The notes under the pieces: model-generated
The model's input: only the letters and a program-made list of their open reading frames with translations
Database searches by the model: none
Told to the model about the DNA's origin: nothing
Translations under genes and position numbers: made by a program
Virus record (IMG/VR): IMGVR_UViG_3300000756_000020
Span: 1-40,354 of that record
Reading direction: 5' to 3' (one strand)
DNA length: 40,354 bases
Origin: a virus
Taxonomy: Duplodnaviria > Caudoviricetes
Shown here: piece by piece, positions 18,423 through 25,721 of the stretch
Numbering within the stretch: position 1 is the stretch's first letter
Layout: each line of letters opens with the position of its first letter

Positions 18423-18863
18423 TTAGCGGATGAATGATGCCCATGTTGAAGACGAAGTGATCTTGAATTCAGTATCAGTTGCACCTTCGATTAGAGCGAT
18501 AGCATTTTCCACTTGTTCGTACTCACTAACATTGTTGTTATAGTTAGTGTCTTTGTACTGAGGTTTACGACCTTGATTAGGGCGCTCACCCATTACTGCT
18601 TCGAACGTTGCTTGGTTAAAGAACACAGAGACATAAGGTCCTTTGTATCCTCCAGCATTGAAGTCGAAGTCAATTGCTTTAGACATGTTCTTTTTAGCCC
18701 ATGCTTCAGCTTTCTTATCCCAGGCCTCTTGACGCTTATCGAGAGTTGAGTAGTTTTTATCCCATTCAACTATCTCTGCATCCATACGCTTGAGTGTTGC
18801 TTTCAACTTAGCGACTAGATCTTTCTTAGCCCAAGTTGTTGCAATTACTTTAGTTGTAGCCAT
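18423..18863 (-). CDS. hypothetical coiled-coil protein
   Basis: Start moved to MATTKVI, after AAGGAGGG. Confidence 0.75.
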   Translation of the reverse strand: MATTKVIATTWAKKDLVAKLKATLKRMDAEIVEWDKNYSTLDKRQEAWDKKAEAWAKKNMSKAIDFDFNAGGYKGPYVSVFFNQATFEAVMGERPNQGRKPQYKDTNYNNNVSEYEQVENAIALIEGATDTEFKITSSSTWASFIR

Positions 18864-19298
18864 TGCTGGCCCTCCTTTTGTACGTGGATACGCACCCGGC
18901 TGGGTGTGTATTGTGGTGCGTGTTTGTGTTGGTACATGTTTTATAGACCACATGCTCTGTGTCTTTTGACTGGCACTACCTATTTCTTTTGGTCGCTGTA
19001 CATAGCCATTACAGTGATACACCCACGAAGTTGTATCGAGTGTTAAGGGTCCGGCCGGGGGTTCAGCCTTACAGTAGGGTTACCTATTCTCATAGGGATG
19101 CCTAGTTCAGAGCCTTAGCAGCCTCCATTCCTCGCCTGTTCATTGGTCCAGTAGTGTTCCTTGGATTGTCTATACAATCCGATAGTAACGCGTTACGTTA
19201 CTATCGCATCATATAGAAAAATAGGGTGGGGGAGAGCTCCCTCAAACTCTCAACCCCACCCCGCCTAGTTCCGCATGACTAGGCTCCCTCACATAAGA

Positions 19299-19529
19299 CT
19301 ATTCTTTGTGTGGTGTAACACCGAAGTCGCCAACAACATGTCTGGCTACTTCTAAATAGATCTCTGCGTTAGAGAATAAATCTTCGGGATGATACAAGCC
19401 ATCTGGGTGAACACCCCAGTTGTGCTTGAGGTATTGCTTGAGTCCAGGCACAAGCCTGTCTACAAACTCAGCAGAGGTCATATAACCTGCTGCTCTTAGT
19501 TCTTTGTCTGATTTAACATTTCCTGCCAT
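19299..19529 (-). CDS. hypothetical protein
   Basis: 76 aa; GGAGAGGA RBS. Confidence 0.7.
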   Translation of the reverse strand: MAGNVKSDKELRAAGYMTSAEFVDRLVPGLKQYLKHNWGVHPDGLYHPEDLFSNAEIYLEVARHVVGDFGVTPHKE

Positions 19530-19728
19530 TTGTTCATCCTCTCCATGTTGCGTAGTTTTAATCTGTAATTAAGTAGCACCATGCTTAGTTGTTCTTCCAG
19601 ATACTGTAGTTCTTCGTCTTTAGACATTGTCAACATCTTTTAGTAGCGTGTTCTCTAACCTTAGTGTATGTACTGTGATTTTTAGGTCAATCAGTTCATC
19701 TTGTAGTCGTTTGTGTGCTTCTCGTAGT

Positions 19729-19911
19729 TCAGCTAACTTTGCTAGAGCATCGACATCCGGCATTCTTCTTCCTTTCATCACGTAAGGCTGCCTGTAGGCC
19801 GCGGATTTGTTTGTGTTGGTTGATGTTTTCTTTCCAGAATAGACACATGACTGTTACTGAACCCAGCAGAGCAATCATTATGGCTAGTGTTGTTCCATTA
19901 TCTAGTACCAT
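19729..19911 (-). CDS. small membrane protein
   Basis: Hydrophobic segment LAIMIALLGSVTVMCLFW followed by a basic tail. Confidence 0.6.
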   Translation of the reverse strand: MVLDNGTTLAIMIALLGSVTVMCLFWKENINQHKQIRGLQAALRDERKKNAGCRCSSKVS

Positions 19912-20180
19912 TACGCTACCTTTCTGTTAGTTGTTACATATGGTGCTTGAGATACAAAGCCTGCTCCGTCATACCATTTACCAGCCCACACACCATAGAG
20001 TCCGGGGAATGATTTGGCATAGACATCACAAGCCTTGAACATTGGACATTGAGCACAGATAGTTTTAGCCTGTGCTATGTTTGACTTCCATTCTTTCCGA
20101 TCTTCAGGGAAGAAAAGCTCGGAATCAACTTGAGCACACAACTGTGTGCCATCATAGACACTCACTCTGAGTATGTCCAT
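19911..20180 (-). CDS. whiB: WhiB-family Fe-S transcriptional regulator
   Basis: CAQVDSELFFPE...AKTICAQCPMFKAC...GVWAG (four Cys plus G[VI]W[GA]G turn). Confidence 0.9.
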   Translation of the reverse strand: MDILRVSVYDGTQLCAQVDSELFFPEDRKEWKSNIAQAKTICAQCPMFKACDVYAKSFPGLYGVWAGKWYDGAGFVSQAPYVTTNRKVA

Positions 20181-20368
20181 AGCATTTTGCCATCACACTC
20201 TTGCTTGTATAACTTACCTTCGTCAATCATCGCAAGTGTCTCATCTTGCCCCTCGTCATAGAAGTAATCAGCGATACCCGCTATGATGAAGTACTTTGTT
20301 GCCTTGTATGTGATGATGATCAGAAGGATGTCAATCAATAGATTGAACCCATTGTAGAACATGATCAT
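20162..20368 (-). CDS. small membrane protein
   Basis: N-terminal hydrophobic stretch; GAAAGG RBS. Confidence 0.65.
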   Translation of the reverse strand: MIMFYNGFNLLIDILLIIITYKATKYFIIAGIADYFYDEGQDETLAMIDEGKLYKQECDGKMLWTYSE

Positions 20369-20508
20369 TTGTTACCTTTCTGTTGTAGGATGCCCAATAC
20401 AGGGCGGGAGGTACACAGGGCAATATGACTTACTTGATGCGTCGATCTTCACCCATATTCCTGTGTACCCGCCGACTCATACTGGAGCGGGGGGAATGTT
20501 TGTGTTGG

Positions 20509-20715
20509 CTATCTACCTGATGACCTACCATGCTTGAGGTCAGGACTATCTACTGTTACATATGTAAAGCCTTGCTTGGGCATAAGAACAAGGCGATAGT
20601 TAGCCATAGCACCTGCTATGCCCTTGGATACACACACCTTGTCCATACACCAGTCATAACCACACTTTTGTCGTGCTATTGAATACTCAGTACCACAGTA
20701 AATACATGTAGCCAT
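20509..20715 (-). CDS. small Cys-rich protein
   Basis: CIYC...WCMDKVC; GGAGG RBS. Confidence 0.7.
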   Translation of the reverse strand: MATCIYCGTEYSIARQKCGYDWCMDKVCVSKGIAGAMANYRLVLMPKQGFTYVTVDSPDLKHGRSSGR

Positions 20716-20915
20716 TACTCCTCCAATACATCTTCTAGGAACCTGTTTATTTCTTTATGAATGACGGGGTCAATGTATTGATCCATCTGCCAGTCACTCA
20801 AATTCATCTCATTTGTAAAAACTAAACAGCCATTACTCAGGCTTATCTCTTGCCTAGGGGTAGGCCAATAGCCCATATACCAGCGATGAAGTATTGCTTG
20901 CCATAGATATTTCAT
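20715..20915 (-). CDS. hypothetical protein
   Basis: 66 aa; coupled to the next gene. Confidence 0.6.
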   Translation of the reverse strand: MKYLWQAILHRWYMGYWPTPRQEISLSNGCLVFTNEMNLSDWQMDQYIDPVIHKEINRFLEDVLEE

Positions 20916-21063
20916 CTTCCTAACCTCCTTCCTACTAATACCATCTTGAAATCAAAATAGGTGCTACACCTGCGGCAATACACAGGCTCAGCGTTATTGT
21001 ATAGATAATCATCTAGACGCTTGTTGAAGCACACCTTGTGATGCTTTTTTTCTTCACGACGAC

Positions 21064-21210
21064 TCATACTAATTGCTCCGTTCCATGGTAGTACTCAGTC
21101 TTAATAGCGGGTGCTAGTAGTGCGAAGTGTCGTTCACACACATGTTGTGGGAATAAGCCTCTAATTTCAATCGTGCGAGTTGCTCTCTCCTTACATAGCA
21201 TACACATCAT
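21064..21210 (-). CDS. 48-aa CxxC/CxxH micro-protein (not in ORF track)
   Basis: MMCMLCKERATR...HVCERHF; AGGAGGAG RBS. Confidence 0.6.
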   Translation of the reverse strand: MMCMLCKERATRTIEIRGLFPQHVCERHFALLAPAIKTEYYHGTEQLV

Positions 21211-21252
21211 AGTTCTCCTCCTTTCTTGGGGGAAATTTTTGCGGGGGACTTT

Positions 21253-21414
21253 TTAGGCATTGATAGCCTTCATTACTTGGTGAATCTGTGCGTAAGCATT
21301 GGCACAGGCATAGCAATACTTCTCGGTGGGGATACCGCCAAGCATGAAAGCAGCAGTACCTGAGTAAACTAACTCAGTTGATGTACAGCTTTGTACAGCA
21401 CATTCTTTTTCCAT
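21253..21414 (-). CDS. 53-aa Cys-containing micro-protein (not in ORF track)
   Basis: MEKECAVQSC...YCYACANAY; AGGAGG RBS. Confidence 0.65.
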   Translation of the reverse strand: MEKECAVQSCTSTELVYSGTAAFMLGGIPTEKYCYACANAYAQIHQVMKAINA

Positions 21415-21487
21415 AGCAACCTCCTAGTTATTACTCTCAGATAGAGAGTGAGGGACAGACAGGGGTTACCTATCTGCCTTTCACCCC

Positions 21488-21721
21488 CTACCGAAGTAGG
21501 AACTCATCTAATAGGTCAGAGGCAAGGTCATAGGTATAACCATCTGATGTACCGCCTTTCAGCAGTTTTAAGTGCCGAATAAGACGCTCATAGGCTACGC
21601 CCTGTGCGAGAACAGTATTTACTACTGCTTCTTTTTCAGCAGGCGAGCAATTACACTCGCCATTTAACATGTCCGCCAAATGTATTGACGGAGAGATAAC
21701 CTTCATGTTGAACTCAGACAT
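21488..21721 (-). CDS. hypothetical protein
   Basis: Start MSEFNM after AAGGAGG. Confidence 0.7.
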   Translation of the reverse strand: MSEFNMKVISPSIHLADMLNGECNCSPAEKEAVVNTVLAQGVAYERLIRHLKLLKGGTSDGYTYDLASDLLDEFLLR

Positions 21722-22221
21722 AGCAACCTCCTTAGGGTGCGATTGTTTGTGTTGGAACACTCTCAGGTAGAGAGTGAGCGATACATAGAGATAGACGCAG
21801 TCACGGATTGGTTACCGTCGTGATGGCATGCCAAAGAGACCGTAATCTCTATGACTTGTATGCTCTAGTCATACGCCCGGAATACTGCGAATCTTGCCTC
21901 CCTATGTATCTATCACCAACTACCTGATAACAGACCAAGCCACTAGTGTCAGACCTGGTCTTGTTGATACACGGCTACCAGCCATACAGACCAGTAGCCT
22001 AAGAGCCCCCAGCCCACTTATGAAGGGGTCGGCTGGGGGCTTGTTAGACATTTAGTTGGAATCGGACTCTCTCCCTACTGCTAAGTGTGGTTCTACACTC
22101 GGTTTCCAACAATGCGATTGCTGGCTTGCTCTCCGTGTAGCACTTAGCCCTTCTCTACGCACATAGATGTCTATGTACATAGAGAAAGGCTGGGACATAA
22201 GCCCCAGCCTTCCCACCTAGG

Positions 22222-22252
22222 TAAGCAGTTTAACGACATGCTTAGGTCGTAA
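22222..22252 (-). ncRNA. putative H-type pseudoknot motif, copy B
   Basis: RNA ACGAC-CUAAGCAU-GUCGU-UAAAC-UGCUUA, a few nt after the stop at 22260. Confidence 0.6.
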
Positions 22253-22259
22253 AGAAAAC

Positions 22260-22811
22260 CTAGACTAGGCTTCCTTCCTTAATTGTCTGAACATTGAGAG
22301 CCATTGCCTCAAGGTCAGCCAATGATGCCTTAGCAAGGGCGAGTTTAGCCATAAATGGCGCTCCCCCTACTAGAGGCAGATTCTTAACAGCCGTGATGGC
22401 ATTGTTAAGTTCTGTGATTGCGTCGATAGACGCCTTACCAGATGCGTTGTTAGAGGCTGTTAAGGCTTTTGCTGTAGCCCTAACCTCTTTATACACGCGC
22501 AAGATTTCATCCTTCTGCTCTTTAGCAGTTGGCATAACCTTGATGTCGTCATAGTGATTAGCAATGAACAACACATTGAGGTCACCAGCAGCAATGCCAG
22601 ACTTATGGCATAGCCATGCTCCACGAGCACGACCTACGAAAGACTTGCTGTCTTTCGAGTCATAGCCCGCAGTCACCATTGCTGGTGTGGCAGTTGGATG
22701 AGCCTTAAACAAGGCAACTATCGCCTCGATAAGGTTGATTTTCAGGGACTCGTTAGTGCCCTGATGTAACTGTACAGCGGAGATGGCTTGCGCCATTATC
22801 TCTTTTGACAT
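22260..22811 (-). CDS. Ala-rich helical hypothetical protein, first gene of the leftward block
   Basis: Start MSKEIM after GGAGGG. Confidence 0.75.
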   Translation of the reverse strand: MSKEIMAQAISAVQLHQGTNESLKINLIEAIVALFKAHPTATPAMVTAGYDSKDSKSFVGRARGAWLCHKSGIAAGDLNVLFIANHYDDIKVMPTAKEQKDEILRVYKEVRATAKALTASNNASGKASIDAITELNNAITAVKNLPLVGGAPFMAKLALAKASLADLEAMALNVQTIKEGSLV

Positions 22812-23161
22812 GTTTCCCTCCTGGTATGTGGTACTTCCGTTTCCCACACCCACTCCCTATCGCAGACCCGAAAGCCTGCGATAGAGCGAAGGTGTAGGAA
22901 GAAAGTCCTATCCGATTTACGAATTGCCCCTCATGGGTTACACGCTGGTAAATAATGCGTTGACCCCCCCTACCCTTAAGACCCAAGCCACCCAACAAAC
23001 GGTCAGGTAATGCAAGCTGTTGGGACTAAGGATGAAATACAGTGGCCCAGATCACAAATGTGTAATTTGGGGGCGGGGGAAGCTCTCCCTATGATCATAG
23101 AGTTGTTGAAGCAAAATTTTTCAAGGGTGCGGGTAATTCCAGGCAGTGGTAAGATACCCCT

Positions 23162-23698
23162 ATGGCATACGAGGATATTAATAGACGAAAGCGTGGACCA
23201 GGTAAGTTTGGTCCAAGTGATGATGAGCTGCAAAAAAAGCAGGCTTATGGAATAGCCATGTATGGAACTGCTGAAGAGTATCGTGATATCGAAGCTGAGG
23301 GCGATGAGGCAGAAGAAGATCTATTTGACTCCGGTACCTTTGGTCCAGGGTGGGAGGAGCGGACAGCCCCAACTACTACCTCTGGTTACCCTAGAGCCTG
23401 GAGAATTGGCTACCATAGAAAAACTAACTCGTTAGTCATAGAGTTTAGAGAACCTGGTAGTAAGAAGACGGGCCTAACTGGTATTAGGCCTTGGGTACTC
23501 TATTACGATGTAGAACTTGATATGTGGGAATCTTTATGCAACTGTGGCTCCACAGGTAAATGGTTAAAGTCATCCGGTGTCGAGATGGGCAACTATGATC
23601 GATTAGGTGAGCCTAATAAGGCCTTCTTAGCAAAGATGATTCAAAACTATACTGGTATGCAAGTTGAGGATCTATCAATGTCTCAAAATACGCTATAA
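23162..23698 (+). CDS. KTSC-like domain protein
   Basis: IGYHRKTNSLVIEF...YYDVELDMWESL...STGKWL matches the KTSC pattern. Confidence 0.65.
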   Translation: MAYEDINRRKRGPGKFGPSDDELQKKQAYGIAMYGTAEEYRDIEAEGDEAEEDLFDSGTFGPGWEERTAPTTTSGYPRAWRIGYHRKTNSLVIEFREPGSKKTGLTGIRPWVLYYDVELDMWESLCNCGSTGKWLKSSGVEMGNYDRLGEPNKAFLAKMIQNYTGMQVEDLSMSQNTL

Positions 23699-23756
23699 TT
23701 ATAATAGAGGAGCCAAATGGTCCTCTATTAACTTATATCGTCTAAGGAGATATATT

Positions 23757-24284
23757 ATGGCACTACCAATGAACCCAGGATCTCAATTCTCAAATCCTAA
23801 AGATCCATATCGATCATCGTCAATTTGGGAAGAACCAAAGCAATACCCAAAGATCCCAAAGCTAGACTCGCAAGTAACGATCACATCCCTATTCCCACAG
23901 TTTGATAGATGGGCAATCGGATTTGATCCACTCTTTGATACATTCAAGCATGTCTCTGCAAATACTAAGACAGCAGGGTATCCTCCATACAACATCTATA
24001 AGTCAAAGGACAACTATGTCCTTGAGATTGCTGTAGCAGGATTCTCTAAGGAAGATATCAAAATCTCTGTACAAGAGCTCACATTAACTGTAGAAGGCTC
24101 CGCACTACCATCTGTAGACAGTTATGTACATAAAGGTATCGCTACCCGCGACTTCAAGCAAGACTTCGTCTTAGCTGAGTACGTTGTAGTCGATAGTGCA
24201 GAGATGAAGGATGGCATGCTTCGTATTCTCTTGAAGCAAGAACTACCAGAAGAGAAGAAAGCAAAGACTATCGAAATCTCATAG
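23757..24284 (+). CDS. small heat-shock protein (Hsp20/IbpA-like)
   Basis: YPPYNI...LEIAVAGFSKEDI...HKGIATRDF...AEMKDGMLRI; start after AAGGAG. Confidence 0.92.
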   Translation: MALPMNPGSQFSNPKDPYRSSSIWEEPKQYPKIPKLDSQVTITSLFPQFDRWAIGFDPLFDTFKHVSANTKTAGYPPYNIYKSKDNYVLEIAVAGFSKEDIKISVQELTLTVEGSALPSVDSYVHKGIATRDFKQDFVLAEYVVVDSAEMKDGMLRILLKQELPEEKKAKTIEIS

Positions 24285-24296
24285 TCTGTTACAATT

Positions 24297-24322
24297 GACC
24301 TGAGTACGTCTTTAAACTGCTC
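24297..24322 (+). ncRNA. putative H-type pseudoknot motif, copy C
   Basis: RNA GAC-CUGAGUAC-GUC-UUUAAAC-UGCUC, 12 nt after the hsp20 stop. Confidence 0.55.
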
Positions 24323-24367
24323 TATTATTGTAAGTACAAAGGCTTCCCGCCAAAAGTTTGGAAAATT

Positions 24368-24475
24368 ATGGAAAAATTAAAATTAGATGTGTTATGTTTC
24401 AATTGTGGGGTGATGTTTACTACACCTGTAGGAACTAAGAATCCGACTGCAAGATGTAAGGAGTGCATTGACTAA
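24368..24475 (+). CDS. 35-aa zinc-ribbon micro-protein (not in ORF track)
   Basis: CFNC...CKEC; TAATG coupling. Confidence 0.55.
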   Translation: MEKLKLDVLCFNCGVMFTTPVGTKNPTARCKECID

Positions 24476-24636
24476 TGCCTAACTACGATTACAAATGTGA
24501 TGCATGTGGAATGGTACGAGAGATCTACCGAGAGTTTGGTGAAGATCACGAACCTACCTGTTGTCAAACAACTATGTCACGTGTATGGTCAGCTACCCCT
24601 GCAGTATTTCGTGGTGGTGGTTGGGGCGGAGAGTAG
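24475..24636 (+). CDS. FmdB-family zinc-ribbon protein (not in ORF track)
   Basis: MPNYDYKCDACG...TCCQTTMSRVWSATPAVFRGGGW. Confidence 0.8.
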   Translation: MPNYDYKCDACGMVREIYREFGEDHEPTCCQTTMSRVWSATPAVFRGGGWGGE

Positions 24637-25061
24637 TGTCTGACAAGTACAGGGCTAGTCGATTTCAGCCACAGGTTGACCCAGATAACTACGCATCCGT
24701 TGCAGCGGCCCTGAAGGCCGATAGAGAGCGTAGCAGAGTCTGTGGACCAGGTTATGAGGAGATCTATGCCCCAACGGCTGGAGGACCCCGCCCAAGGGCT
24801 CAGAAGTGCTGTTACAACCAGAACACTGAAACACTTGTAATTGTAATGACAGACCCCGGCTCCGGCGGTAGGGCTAGTTACTCATGGATACAGTATGACG
24901 GTGTTGACTCTGAATTGTGGGAACAACTTAAGATGATGGACTCAACTAATGAATTTGTTACCCAAGTGTTATCTGGCCACCCATGGTTAGATACTTCATA
25001 TGGTCAGCTACCTCGAACTAGGGGCGAGACTTTTGAACTTGGCTTTGGCGAGTATCTGTGA
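24636..25061 (+). CDS. second KTSC-like protein
   Basis: PRAQKCCYNQNTETLVIVM...YDGVDSELWEQLKMMDSTNEF; GTG start coupled to the upstream stop. Confidence 0.6.
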   Translation: MSDKYRASRFQPQVDPDNYASVAAALKADRERSRVCGPGYEEIYAPTAGGPRPRAQKCCYNQNTETLVIVMTDPGSGGRASYSWIQYDGVDSELWEQLKMMDSTNEFVTQVLSGHPWLDTSYGQLPRTRGETFELGFGEYL

Positions 25062-25091
25062 TACTCTAAGGCATTACTAGAGAGGGTTACC

Positions 25092-25658
25092 ATGACCACG
25101 CTTGCAGCAATACAGGGTGATGGCTGGGCCGTTATAGGTTGTGATAGTCGCGCATCAGATGACTCTGGTCGTTACATGGATTTAGCTACACATAAGATTG
25201 TTAATAACAACGGAATCTTAATTGCCGTCTCTGGTGCATCCCGCGGTGGAAATATTGCACAGTTTGGTTGGAAAGCACCAAAACCTAAATTAAATGAAGA
25301 TTTAGATAAATGGATGACAACTATCTTTATTCCCGCACTTCGTAAAGCATTTCAAGATGCAGGCTATGAAGGTAAAGATGATGGTGCGGCTGCAGAGCAT
25401 GACTCAAGTCTTATCATCGCAGTACGTGGCGTAATATACCCAATCTTTGAAGACTACAGCTGGGATAGAGAAGCCCGCAATGTTTACTACTCAGGTAGCG
25501 GTGGGGATATCGCTCTAGGTGCACTTGAGGCTATGAACTTCTCAAAAATAACATCTGCTCAGGTTGCTGAAAAAACTCTTACCAAAGCTATAGGTATAGC
25601 CATCAAACACGATATTTATTCTGGCGGAGAAATACATACATACGTACAAGAGGCATAA
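25092..25658 (+). CDS. HslV / proteasome-beta-like Ntn protease
   Basis: N-terminal MTT nucleophile, DSRAS, KIV, GSGG, DIYSGG. Confidence 0.85.
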   Translation: MTTLAAIQGDGWAVIGCDSRASDDSGRYMDLATHKIVNNNGILIAVSGASRGGNIAQFGWKAPKPKLNEDLDKWMTTIFIPALRKAFQDAGYEGKDDGAAAEHDSSLIIAVRGVIYPIFEDYSWDREARNVYYSGSGGDIALGALEAMNFSKITSAQVAEKTLTKAIGIAIKHDIYSGGEIHTYVQEA

Positions 25659-25721
25659 TTTCTGAGACCATTGTTCCTGTCCAATCCCGGACACTCACAT
25701 TGATCAAGTGAAGGAATACAA

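Noticed and set aside
21558-21590. Fourth pseudoknot copy (AGCAGTTTTA)
   Set aside because: Inside a CDS and lacks the complementary loop and stem 1.
8652-21755. 12-mer repeats as a CRISPR or mini-CRISPR array
   Set aside because: The repeats are only 12 nt, spaced hundreds to thousands of nt apart, often inside CDSs, and there are no cas genes.
21797-21889. Cloverleaf-like fold as a tRNA gene
   Set aside because: No GTTCRA T-loop, D-loop GG or proper 7-bp acceptor stem on either strand.
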